Positions 1-11,402 of a DNA stretch of 64,000 nucleotides are shown here, piece after piece (the first letter of the stretch is position 1; the number at the start of each line of letters is the position of its first letter). Below the pieces are notes generated by a model. That model had not been told where the DNA came from. It did not search any database and was given only the letters and a program-made list of their open reading frames with translations. Source of the stretch: Octopus sinensis (taxonomy: Eukaryota). Position numbers and translations under genes: made by a program. The DNA lies in the NCBI RefSeq assembly GCF_006345805.1, contig NC_043000.1, forward strand, positions 86,118,001 through 86,182,000, given 5' to 3'.

Positions 1-1004
1 GTATCAATGAAGTCAGCATATCTTGGAGTGAAGAGTTTCCTCCAAATCTCATTCCTGGCTTTATATATGTTCTACAGAAATGACAATGCATCTTTCATTT
101 TGCCATTTATCAAGGTTAATGTAATTTTCTGCTACCAAACCAAAAACATCAACCAATTCTGACAAGATTAATCTCACATACATATATTTTTAAGCACGTT
201 CATGTTTTTTTTTATATTATTATTGTTGCATTTCAGTCTTCAATATTGATAACTTTTCAAAAATTGAAAGAGAAAATGTTTTCTGAATGAAGCCTGGCAC
301 ATGCTAGTAACTTTACCATTAAAAGAAACTACAATATATTTGTACATGAAATAATAGGATGTGACAGAATAGGAAAGGAAGCAGAATATAAATGAACAGA
401 AAATATGAGCTAAATATTTAACACAATTCTAAATAAGGACAGAACTCTCCAGACTTGCTAACCCTATCCCATCTTCACTCTAAACATTTTACTGTTCTTC
501 AACATTATCTCTCACCTCTACCCGCTCAGTCTTTCACCAAAGGCTCCACACACAAGCTTCCATACACATTTTCACTTTTTCAAAAAATTCTTTTCTGCTC
601 ATTCATCACTTCTAATAACTTAAATTTAACAATTCAAGCAAAATATCAACTACATTGGGTCCCACCTAGCCATCTTACTCTTTTGTTCTGTTACAACTTA
701 ACAATGTATGGGCAAAACATGTTGCTCTCTGAAACAGTAAGTATCATAGAATACAATAAAAATAATAAAACAGTACTTAATATATAATAATTGATGTACT
801 AATATTGAATAGCTAACAATGAAAAACAACAACAATAAAATCTAACAATAACTTACAATAGTTATTAAAGATATTATAGGTAGTATAATAATATAGATAT
901 TATTATACTTATGATAAATTATTGGATAAATTGGCTGAAGTAATGGATTAATTCCTCCTTATATTATTAGTGAAGATCTTTACTATTTCAATTTCATGTT
1001 ATAT

Positions 1005-1215
1005 AAGATGCAGGCATAGATATGAGGTTCAGAAGTTCTCTTCCCAACCACATAGTTTTGGATTCAGTCCAACTGCATGGCACCTTGGGCAAGCATCTTC
1101 TATTAAAACTTCAGGCTAATCAAAGCCAGTGAGTGAACCTGGAAGATGGAAATTGAAAGAAGTCCATCACATATGTATATCTGTGTGTGCACGCATGTGT
1201 GTGTTTGTGTCTCCT
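1005..1215 (+). mobile_element. SINE family A, 5' half, diverged
   Basis: cccaaccacatagttttggattcagtccaactgcatggcaccttgggcaag...aaattgaaagaagtcc aligns by eye to the well-preserved copy at 47225-47673. Confidence 0.75.
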
Positions 1216-1612
1216 TGTTCATTTCTATTTGGATATTCTTGCTCAGTTACCCTGAAATTGTTTTTTAATGTATCATATTTGATGCTTAATATGGGATGAC
1301 TTCTGGGCTGGTGGATCAACAGACTGGACATAATGTGTTAATAAGTAAAATAGTAAGTTAACTAAAAGCTAAAAGTTTAATCTTATCTATTTCTTTATGT
1401 TCTCTATATACTGTGCTGAATGTGTTTTAAGATGGTTAATTTAATGCATAAAAGTGGTTGAATTAGTTTTTATGTTTCCTGAAAAAATTCTGTAAGTATG
1501 CATCTCAGTTTATAAGATGGAAGTCAATAGAAAAATAGGTTTTGTATAACAGAATTCTATATTACAGCAAATCTTTCGGGATTGCAACTATTCTATAATG
1601 TAAGGGATAGCA

Positions 1613-1619
1613 CTATATA

Positions 1620-1672
<53 letters not shown>
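1613..1672. repeat. (TA)n microsatellite
   Basis: Direct reading. Confidence 0.95.
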
Positions 1673-1676
<4 letters not shown>

Positions 1677-1686
1677 CATACATACA

Positions 1687-2013
1687 CGAGCAAAATGCCC
1701 CACACCCACTGTCCAATGGACGGTGCTGAGTTGTCAAACATTTAAACCAAATTTTCTCAAAACAACTTGTCCGACTGTTCTATAGGCCTCCCCTTTGAGA
1801 AACACTGATTTAACCTAAATTTGAGACACCAGCAAAAGAAGAAATAAAGATACTTTTTTTCTAAATTTTCTAATTTTTGTAATTTTTCAAGACTTATACA
1901 CGCCCTGATACTGTCGGTATCTACATATCAAATTTGAGCGCAATCGGATGGAGGATGCCTGAGATCCTAGAAGACACACACACAGACAGACAGAATGGAT
2001 TTTATATAATAGA
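1687..2013 (-). mobile_element. Short non-autonomous Helitron-like element (HINE/DINE-1-like)
   Basis: Minus strand begins A|TCTATTATATAAAAT followed by a (GTCT)n tract. It ends with an 8-bp hairpin (1707-1725) and CTCG|T. Left terminus ACGAGCAAAATGCCC resembles the ACTAGCAGTATCGCCC terminus at 63825. Confidence 0.55.
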
Positions 2014-2014
2014 T

Positions 2015-2150
2015 ATATATATCACAATGTGTATATGTGTATACATCACAGTGTATATTTGTGTATACATCATAGGAATCACACACACATATCACAGTGA
2101 ATTTATGTATATACATCACAGTGTATATAGGCATACATACCACAGTTCAA
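2015..2150. repeat. Degenerate short tandem repeat (atacatcacagtgtatat core)
   Basis: catcacagtg/atcacagtg recurs several times at 20-30 bp spacing. Confidence 0.7.
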
Positions 2151-3231
2151 ATATGTGAAAGCATGTGTATCTTACAGTGGTCATAGGGCTTGCATCAAGC
2201 CAAGTCTATAATGCAAATTCAGTTCCTTTGATGAGCAATTTTATCCTGTTTCAAGCATTTACATTCTCACACTAGACTGGGAGTCTGGAAGGAGATCAGT
2301 TACTTCCTGCTCACTTATCCTCACTCACTAATAAACCTTTAATGCTGACCCAACACAAAGATATAGAATATTTTCTTTTAAGTACATCATAGTGTATTTA
2401 TGAGATTAATGAAGATCTTGTGGGATCTGTTATTATGCATCACAAAATCTAGGATTAGCAAGAGACTCAAGGTGCAATAAGATGGTTAGTGTATGTCAGA
2501 AATTAATTGTGATAAAATAGACTAGGAACAAGATTGAACAGTGTAATTGATAGTAGCTAACATAAGGTTAGAGAGGCAATGGACAAAGTTAAATCAGGAT
2601 ATGTCTGATTTTATCTTAGACACTGAAGAATTAGTGAAGTATTAAGGTAATGATAAATTTGGATGGCTGTTTGATAGATGTGTCCAATTCATTCTAGCAT
2701 GAAAATATTGATATTAAAGGGATTTAGAATGATTACTATTCTTACTAGTTTTATTTCAGGGTAGTGGATTGGCAGAATCATTAGAATGTTGGAAAATGTT
2801 TTACTATATTTCTTCCAACTCTTTAGGTTCTGTGTTCAAATTTTACCAAGATCAGTTTTGCTTTTCATCCTTCTGGTATCAATAAAATAAAGTATCTATT
2901 AAGTACTCTTCAGAAACATGTTGTCTTGTACATATGTTAGAAACAATTATTACTTTTATTATGAATTATTTACAATTTTTAGAAATCAAATTGTGGAGCT
3001 GAAAATGTTAAAATTGAAATATGTAACTGTTATAATAGTTTATGTTATAAAAATATGTCTGTATAAATGTTATAATATTTTATGTAATAAAAAACATTAT
3101 AATATTTTATGGGATAAAAATATGTATGTAACTAACAATTTTTTATGTAATAAGAATTTGTGTATTGGTGCCCCAGCATGACTGCAGATTTCAAGCTGAA
3201 ACTGGCTAAAGAGTTATATGCCTATATATGT

Positions 3232-3400
3232 CCAGCTGCAGGTATAACCATGTAGTCAAGAAGCTTGCTTTGCAATCATTTGGTTTTGGTTTCAGTCCCA
3301 CTGCACAAAACCTTGGGCAAGTGTAGTCTACTATAACTCTGAGCCAACCAATGTCTTGTGAGTGAATTTGGTTGACAGAAACAACGCTGAAGCTTAGTGT
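3232..3400 (+). mobile_element. SINE family A, 5' half
   Basis: gtagtcaagaagcttgctttgcaatcatttggttttggtttcagtcccactgcacaaaaccttgggcaagtg head, ending in the (TA)n that hosts the mariner relic. Confidence 0.7.
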
Positions 3401-3404
3401 ATAT

Positions 3405-3445
<41 letters not shown>

Positions 3446-3449
<4 letters not shown>

Positions 3450-3961
3450 GTTGAGGAAAAAGTTTGTGCATCATGTTAAAATAATGCTTTTTTTATATAT
3501 ATTTGGGGTGGGTGTGTTCATTCAGTTCATGTCATGTTCAATGGTGACTCACTGTGTTCATCAAAAATATGCTTTGTTTCAACAAGACAATGCAAAGCTG
3601 CATACTGCCAGAAAAACCAGCAACAAGATTGAAGAATTGGACAGTGTGGAAGTTCTGCTGCATCCAGTCTTATAATCCAGACATTTCTCCATTTGACTAT
3701 GGTCTCTTCCAATCAATGCAGCACTTTATGAAAGGTTGTCGATTTGAGTCATTTGATGAAGTTGAAGAAGCCTGTCAAGAATTTTTGTATTCAAAGCCAA
3801 AGGATTGTTCCTTTGACCAAATCTAAAAGCTTGCAGATTGTTGGCAGAAGGTCACGGAAAATGATGGTCATTATTTTGAAGAATGAAGAATAGTTGTTGT
3901 TGTTTTTGAATAAATTCTTGCAATATTTTAACACAGTGCACAAACCTTTTCCTCAATCTAG
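3446..3961 (+). mobile_element. Internally deleted mariner element with both TIRs and TA TSD
   Basis: ~36-bp imperfect TIRs (TTAGGTTGAGGAAAAAGTTTGTGCA vs revcomp CTAGATTGAGGAAAAGGTTTGTGCA) flanked by TA. Frameshifted transposase C-terminus FQQDNAKLHTARKT...LLHP / SYNPDISPFDYGLFQSMQHFMKG..F...EV matches the mariner YSPDLAPSDY motif. Confidence 0.9.
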
Positions 3962-3979
3962 TATATATATATATTTAAC

Positions 3980-4360
3980 TTGTTTTAGTCATGCGCTCAT
4001 GCTGGGGCATCACCTTGAAGGGTTTTGTTGAAGAAATTGGCACCAATGCATTTTTTAAAGTCTGGTACTTATTCTATCAATTTCTTTTGCTAAACCACAA
4101 AGTTACAGGGTCGTACACAAACCAATGCTGGTTGTCAAGCAGTGGTAGGGGACAAACTCAAACACGGAAACAAACACAAACATGGAGACACACACACACA
4201 CATACACACACACACACACATAACAGGCCTCTTTCACAAGGCTTTGGTAGGCCTGAGGCTATAGTAGAAGACACTTGTGCCCTTAGTGAAATACAGCAGT
4301 AATGAACCCAAAACCATATGATTGGGAAGTAGACTTCATACCACACAACTATGCTTGTAC
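3980..4360 (-). mobile_element. SINE family A, diverged near full length
   Basis: Reverse complement of family A tail (ttgttttagtcatg), body and head (gaacccaaaaccatatgattggg). Confidence 0.75.
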
Positions 4361-4746
4361 ATGTGTGTGTGTGTGTTTGTTTTGTGATTGTCACCTACTT
4401 CACAACTAGTGCTGGTTTGTTTACATCCCCGTCACTAGCATAGCTAGAGAGAGCAGAGTGGCCGGTCCACCCTGGGCGGCACTTTTATGGGGTAGCACCA
4501 CTTTTGGGTCTGCTGTAGGTAATATGTATTTTCTGTGGGAACTTGGGGGCAGTAAACTGAAGGGCTACCCTTGGTGGCACACACTCTGGCTTTGCTAGTG
4601 ATCCCCGTGAATTTGTGGTTTGATAAAAGAGATCAATAGAATAAGTATTGGACTTTAAAATATGTACTGAGGTTGATTTGTTCAACTAAACATTCCAAGG
4701 TGGTACCCTAAAATGGCTGCAGTCTTAGGACTGAAACAAGTAAAAG
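4361..4746 (+). mobile_element. SINE family A 3' half, interrupted by a MITE
   Basis: gctggtttgtttacatccccgt | insert | atccccgtga...gatcaatagaataagta...gactgaaacaagtaaaaga. Confidence 0.75.
4433..4600. mobile_element. 168-bp MITE with 8-bp TSD (hAT-like)
   Basis: Perfect TSD ATCCCCGT at 4425-4432 and 4601-4608; 17-bp TIR CACTAGCATAGCTAGAG vs revcomp CACTAGCAAAGCCAGAG. Confidence 0.85.
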
Positions 4747-5499
4747 ATGTTACAATATCTTATGTTACAACATTTTAAGTAGTAAAAAATATCTATTTAA
4801 ATGTTACAATAGTTCATATGATAAAAATGTATCTATGAAAATGTAACAATATTCTATGTAATTTAGAAATATATGAATGATTCTTTCATTCTTCTTATTT
4901 TTATATTTTATATCGCATCATATTAATTTTCCAAGAAGATTGTTTCTCAGAAGAGTTTAAGCATTTCCAGTGATGATAATAAATATAATGTATTAGCCAT
5001 TTATAATCCCTTTGAAGCCATCATAATTAAGTTAAGCAATACTATTTTAACACCTTGAAAATATGGCAGCAAAAATAAACAATAAAACATACATAAGTAT
5101 AAAGTTTACTATTATAATTAATCTCTATCTACTTTTAGATGACTGAAATAAAATAAAATATATAAATGACGTCATAATCTACCATCATTGATCTATATTA
5201 TCAAGGATTATCAATATTGGATCATAATAAGTAATCTTGTTATACAAGAACATTCTTTCCTTTCATATATTGTTCTACATAAAGAAATAGCTGTAATGTT
5301 CTATGCTAATAATGTTTATATAACTGAAAAGTCTCAAAGTTATATTTATGACTAAAAAACATCATACAGTTTTGATATTATGAACATAGAGAACTTAAGT
5401 ATTTATTTGGATAGTATTAACTGTAGAGGTAAGGTGCATGGCCTGGTGGTTATGGTGTTTGAATGATGATCATAACGTTGTGAGTTCAATTAAAGCATC

Positions 5500-6806
5500 A
5501 TGCACTATCATGGTAAAATGATAAGAGTAGTAGTATCTTTGCAAAAAAGGGATGATGGAAACAGTGATATCCAGCAGTCAATGTTCAGAGGCATTTTCTG
5601 TTGCCACTGGAACCAAATTTTTTCTAAATTCTTTTCAATGATGCTCCAACATAATTTTAGAGATTACCATGAAGGTGTAAAATTCCAGTTTTACACAGAA
5701 GGAGGTCTACTAAATCTAAAAGGGCAAGTTTCAGATCAAAGAAAAAAAAACAAAAAAACCAAGGAAGTGATTCTAGGTGATTTTCTGTTTGATCTCTCAT
5801 ACATTTGAGGGAATTCAGGAAGCAGTTGACAGATTTACTCATGCATTTAGACTGACTATCATCATTAAGAAGACTGAAGTTTTATTTCAACCAAGGCTTT
5901 GGGCAGAACACACTCAAAATTCAAATGTGATCATTGACAACAAGCCACTCAAATGCATCAGATCATTTAAATATCTTGGAAGTATAGTAAAATTTAAGAG
6001 TACTCTTTATGACAAAACCAATGTTAGAATATCTAAGGCTACTAGTGCTTTTGGAAAACATTTCCATCGTTTGTAAGATGAACATGATGTCAATCTGAAA
6101 ACTAAAATAAATGTATACAAATCTTGTATTTTGAGCACACTTTTGTATGGGGCAGAAGAATGAACTCCCTACTATAGACATATAAAGAAACTTGAAACCT
6201 TTCACATGTACTATCTGTGAAATTTTTGCAACATAAATGGCAAGATAAGATGCCAAATGTTAAAATCATAGGAAAATGTGTTATCTCTAGTATCAAAAGC
6301 ATACTGCTGGGAATTCAGTATAGATGGGTTGGACATGTTCAAATGAAAGATGACCACATTCCAAAACTTCTTTTGTGTGGTTAACAAGTAGAGATATTAC
6401 AGTAATGGAAAACCCATCCGTAGGCATAAGTTGAAGCAATAACTAAAGTCTCTATAGCTTAATTTGACATTGTGGGAATGTCATTGCCTAGATCAATCTG
6501 CATGGCATAAAATGTGTCATGATGCATCAAAACAATTTGAGTTGCAGAAACAGAACAATAAAAGAAGTTATATCCTGCAATCAGCAGACACATTTGCCCA
6601 ATCACAGGCAAAATCAAAATAATCAGTGTCCCCATTTTGACTTCGTAGCAAAATTCATACCTGGATTCAAATTATATTCATGCAACCATTGCAAATATAT
6701 GCAGCTTTTTTTTTATTCATCTATTTTTAAAGTTGCCTTTTCTTTTTGTTTTTTAAATCCTCTCCTTCAAACATTCATACATCAAAATCGACAAGAGTGA
6801 CCATCT
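5500..6806 (+). mobile_element. 5'-truncated, degenerate RTE-clade LINE (RT C-terminus and 3' end)
   Basis: ORF fragments GGLLNLK..TKEVILGDFLF, IQEAVDRFTHAF.LTI..KKTEVLFQP, FKYLGSIV..RISKATSAFG, plus TLLYG, WQDKMPN and RWVGH motifs in shifted frames; many stops and frameshifts. Confidence 0.9.
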
Positions 6807-6821
6807 TCATTATTATTATTA

Positions 6822-6855
<34 letters not shown>

Positions 6856-7411
6856 GAGTGAGAGAGCAGTTCATGCCATCAAAGTGACACTGGGGTAAAA
6901 TATACGAAGCCCAATATACCCATCATGACTACCCGTCTGATAAGGGCACACCAGGCACATGCATCACAACCATATGTGCGCGACATGGTGATCTCATATC
7001 AAGATAAACAGCACATGACCTTGCAGGTGGGGCCCAGTTAGAATTTTCTTCAGGTTGAGTAGCCCATCCCGCTCAAGCGGTCCCTGAATAAGGGTTGTTT
7101 AAGGATGTTGAAAGAACCACCCATGTTTTCAGAGGTGAATTATTCAAACCCCAAAGAATCCCTCTCAACACATGGCTATGATGCTCCCCCACTACTTCTG
7201 CTCGTGATCAGAGATGCTCATATCGTCAGCCACTAAGGGACATGCTCTACTGGTTAAGGTCAAACAACTGACAAGCAAATCTATGGTATTGAGCAGAATA
7301 TTTGCTGTAGCCCATCTTTTATACCAAGACAAAACAATGTACATGATAACACTTCCAATCAGTTAAGATCAGAAGCCATGAGAGCCATTGCCTGGTACTG
7401 CATCAGGGCAT
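6856..7411 (-). mobile_element. 556-bp (AAT)n-flanked repeat element X, copy 1
   Basis: Same left (gagtgagagagcag) and right (gtactgcatcagggcat) ends as the copy at 7684-7898; (ATT)n on both sides; no ORF, TIR or tRNA-like head seen. Strand inferred from the (AAT)n tail. Confidence 0.75.
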
Positions 7412-7683
7412 TTATTATTATTATTATTTGAGCACACTTTTGTGTTATCTCTAGTATCAAAAGCATACTGCTGAGAATAATAATAATTATTATTATTATT
7501 ATTATTATTATCATTATTATTATTATTATCATTATTATTATTATTATCATTATTATTACTATTAAAATGGTCAGCTGGCTGAATTGTTAGCATGCAGTAT
7601 TTTCTTCATCTTTATATTCTGACTTTGCTTTTCACCCTTTCAGAGTTGATACAGTAAGTACTATTATTATTATTATTATTATT

Positions 7684-7898
7684 GAGTGAGAGAGCAGTAC
7701 ATGCCATCAAAGTGGTCAACTGGTTAACATGCTCAACTGGTTAAGGTCAAACAACTGACAAGCAAATCTGTGGTATTGAGCAGAATATTTGCTGTAGCCC
7801 ATCTTTTATACCAAGACAAAACAATGTACATGATAACACTTCCAATCAGTTAAGATCAGAAGCCATGAGAGCCACCACCTGGTACTGCATCAGGGCAT
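7684..7898 (-). mobile_element. Element X, copy 2 with ~353-bp internal deletion
   Basis: Matches 6856-6886 and 7240-7411 with a few substitutions; 12-nt filler at the junction. Confidence 0.85.
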
Positions 7899-7936
7899 TT
7901 ATTATTATTATTATTATTATTATTGTTATTATTATG

Positions 7937-8055
7937 ATTCAGTAGTTTTATTTTTATAGCGTGCTTTCACTTCACTACCAAGCGCAGCTCTGTGTGCCTC
8001 AGGTATGTGCTGTGATTTGTTGTGATGCTCTGATGGTTACTGTATCGAAAGTGTT
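7937..8055 (-). mobile_element. Probable 3' tail of an R4/Dong-type LINE
   Basis: Minus strand ends AAAATAAAACTACTGAAT then AAT repeats, resembling the terminus AAATAAAACTGAATAAT of the R4-type element at ~41197. Confidence 0.45.
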
Positions 8056-9032
8056 TATTATTATTATTATTATTATTATTATTGTAACAGCCTCTGAGCA
8101 CTTTGGCAATAACATCAGTCAAAACATGTTACTCTCTCTTATCTTGTCACCCATATTACATTGTTACCTCATAAGTTAGGAACACGATTTCTCTTTCTTG
8201 ACTCCAATATCTTTGGAATATTAACTGTCCTTGCTCACATCATACTAATCTCTAACTAATCTACCAGCATTATAACCATGTTAATCCTCAGTAACAGATT
8301 CTCTAGCACATCTCATTCAATAATGAAACCATTCCATTAATCCACTACCTGGAATAGTACTTTATTTTATCAACTCAGAAAGAATGAAAGCAAAATTGAT
8401 GTCAGTGGAATTTGAACTCAGAGTGCAGTGGTTCATAACAAATACTGTGAAGCATTGTATCTTGTGCTCTAATAAATATGTCATTTCACTATCTAAAAAC
8501 ATTCCCAGCTAGAACAATATAAAGATAAATTCTAAAAACCAAAAGCAGTTGAACATAAAAAAAATTCTAAAGGCAGACACTGAATATGGAAAAAATGTGT
8601 GAAACTGATGGTTCTACATGAAACTAGAAACAAAATACTTTGAAAGGTAAACCCAGTCACTCAGCAACAACAATAAATTTACTTATAAACAGACAACATA
8701 GAAGATAAAAACATTCTTTTGAAACACTACTAATCATAAGAAAACATAAAAAAAAAGTTTGAAGTACCACCCTTATCTTCTTTCATCCATAGCTTGCAAT
8801 GAGTCTGAACAATATATGTAAACACAGAGCCTTCTCATGTAAAAGACAGTAATAACCAAAGTAACTAATATATATTGCGTAAATGAAATACCTGCAGAAT
8901 AAAAAACACACTTTTGTGGAAGTAAAGTAAAACTTTATTATCACACGATATTCATGAAACAAAAGCAGAAATTCAACATAGGGTCCCTCAAATTCTAAAT
9001 AGGACTGGACAAACAAACTCAGAGAAGACTTC

Positions 9033-9034
<2 letters not shown>

Positions 9035-9110
<76 letters not shown>
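9035..9110. repeat. (TA)n microsatellite
   Basis: Direct reading. Confidence 0.95.
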
Positions 9111-9115
<5 letters not shown>

Positions 9116-9439
9116 ATACTTTCACTACATAGGTACTACAAACACTACTTCTAAATTTATCAGAGAGCAACAACAAACTAGAAATATAAGTATTTAAAAT
9201 AATGACCAACAACTAAAAGCATTAACATAATAAACATATACAAATCTTCTCCAACATCCCACTGGGTTAAGCACCCTAACTATAATAGCTGAACACATTC
9301 TCACCATCTACATGCTTCAGTGTGCAGAACACTTCCTTGTACAAAAATAATACAGACAACAGCTACAATAGCATCATGAGTAAACTTTCTGTGGATCTGG
9401 TATACAGAAACTGAAAAAAGCCTGTTGTATATATATCAC

Positions 9440-9775
9440 CATCCTTATCGTCATCATTTAACATCTGGTTTCCATGCTGGCACAGGTTGGGTGGTTTGGC
9501 TAGAGCTGCACTAAGTTCTAGTTGTGTGTTTTGGCTTGTTTTCTATGGTTGGATGCCCTTCCTAATGCCAACCACTTTACAGAAGGTGCTTTTTACTTGA
9601 TATCAGCACAGGTGCGTTTTATTTTGTACTGACACAGGTGCTTTTTTATGTGGAACCAGCACAAGTGCTTTTTACATGGTATCAGCACAGGTGCTTTTTA
9701 CATGCCATCAGTACAGGTACGCTTTTTACATACTATTGACATAGATGCTTTTTACATGGCACCATATATATATGC
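9440..9775 (-). mobile_element. SINE family C ((GAT)n-tailed) with internal ~24-bp tandem expansion
   Basis: catcatttaacatctggtttccatgctggc...ggatgcccttcctaatgccaaccacttt; agcacaggtgcttttt motif repeated ~7 times at 9585-9765. Confidence 0.8.
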
Positions 9776-9985
9776 ATGTGTGTCTTAGTGTCTGTGTTTG
9801 TCCACCACCAACTGGTGTTGGTGTGTTTATGTCCCCTTACTTAGTCATTTGGCTACAAAGATCAATAGAATAAGTACCAAGCTTTAAAAAAATGTACTGG
9901 GGTTGACTTGTTTTTGACTAAAATTCTTCAAGGTAGCACGCCTGTATGGCAGCAGTCTAATAGCTGAAACAAGTGAAAGATAAGA
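9776..9985 (+). mobile_element. SINE family A, 3' half
   Basis: gtgtttgtcc...gtgtttatgtcccc...gatcaatagaataagtac...gctgaaacaagtgaaagataa. Confidence 0.75.
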
Positions 9986-11089
9986 CATCTAAAATAATCC
10001 ACATCAATGTACCCACCAAACTAAAAACTCACATTCATCACAATCAAACTTTTTTTATATCCTAAACCATCTTATACCAACATGCCCACCAATGTAACAA
10101 CTTCTTCCTATCACAACTAGAATTACTTTATATCCAAAACAAACTCACCAAACTAACAACTTCTTTTATAATCTCTCTGCTCCAAACTTCTAGCTAGCAT
10201 AACCCCATAGTAAACAGTTCTCAAACTCTCATTTGACTATCACCAACACAGCATACACACATCAATAAGAAGAGATAAACACTTTCAAAACTGTAACAAA
10301 TAGCTGACTGGGATCACTCCTACTAAGAAATAGCATTAATGTTAGGATAACCCAACAACATAAAAATTGTAGTAGATTCAACGAAATGATTATAGATATC
10401 TCACAAGACAACATAAAAGATACAACCCAAATTACACTAATAAAACAGACTGAATCTGATAAAGACTAGAGATAATCTCAAATACATCAACACCATGCAC
10501 AACAAAAATGAATCAAGAAACTGAATAACAAAGAAAAACAGAAAATCAACAAACAGTTGTATCAGAAAACAAGTAGTAAAACAGAATACACACTAATTAG
10601 TAGCACCAACACATCTAACAATAACTGTAATACATCACATGTTACAATAATAATCTCTGTATAATAGCTAATATAAATATTGGTTGGTTGGCTGACTTTT
10701 CCAATCATACTTTATGATTCCTTCCAGCCATCAGGAGACAGAAAAACAACAATGAAATTCTAAAAATAATATATATAGTGCTGACTATAATAGCATATAA
10801 TTATATACACAAACTCTATCTTCCAGTATTGAGTACTCTTTCTCATGTTCATCATCACTAACAATAACACATCTCCACATATACATTTTCAACATGACCT
10901 GACACAGATCAATCACACATTTCTCCATTACACCTGTTTTTTTCTTCCCTTCTACACTCTTCCCTTCTCTCTGTCACAGTTTCTAAGGAATAACTTAAGC
11001 TCAATATGCCAAAGTGGCTGCTACTTTCTTAATTTTCATTGAGTTCTTTGTATTGTTATTAATGTTGCTAATTTTCAACCCAATATATT

Positions 11090-11173
11090 GTGTGTGTGTA
11101 TAAACTCTGTCTGTCTCCCTCTCTCTCTCTCTCTCTCTATCTATCTCACACACACACACACACATGTATGTCC

Positions 11174-11204
<31 letters not shown>

Positions 11205-11239
11205 TGCATGCATGCATGCATGTGTGTGTATGTGTGTGC

Positions 11240-11286
<47 letters not shown>

Positions 11287-11371
11287 AAATGATTTCTAAT
11301 ACATATTGTTTCCTTTGTCTTCATATTTTTTCTTTTTATCAACTATAGAAATCTATCAATCTGTCTGTCTA

Positions 11372-11402
<31 letters not shown>

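Larger units (their letters stand above)
6807..8085. repeat. Cluster of (ATT)n tracts interleaved with retroelement ends
   Basis: (ATT)n at ~6807-6855, 7412-7427, 7476-7562, 7662-7683, 7899-7935 and 8056-8082. Confidence 0.9.

Noticed and set aside
9585-9765. Regular ~24-bp repeats
   Set aside because: Internal tandem expansion of a family C SINE motif, not a separate array.
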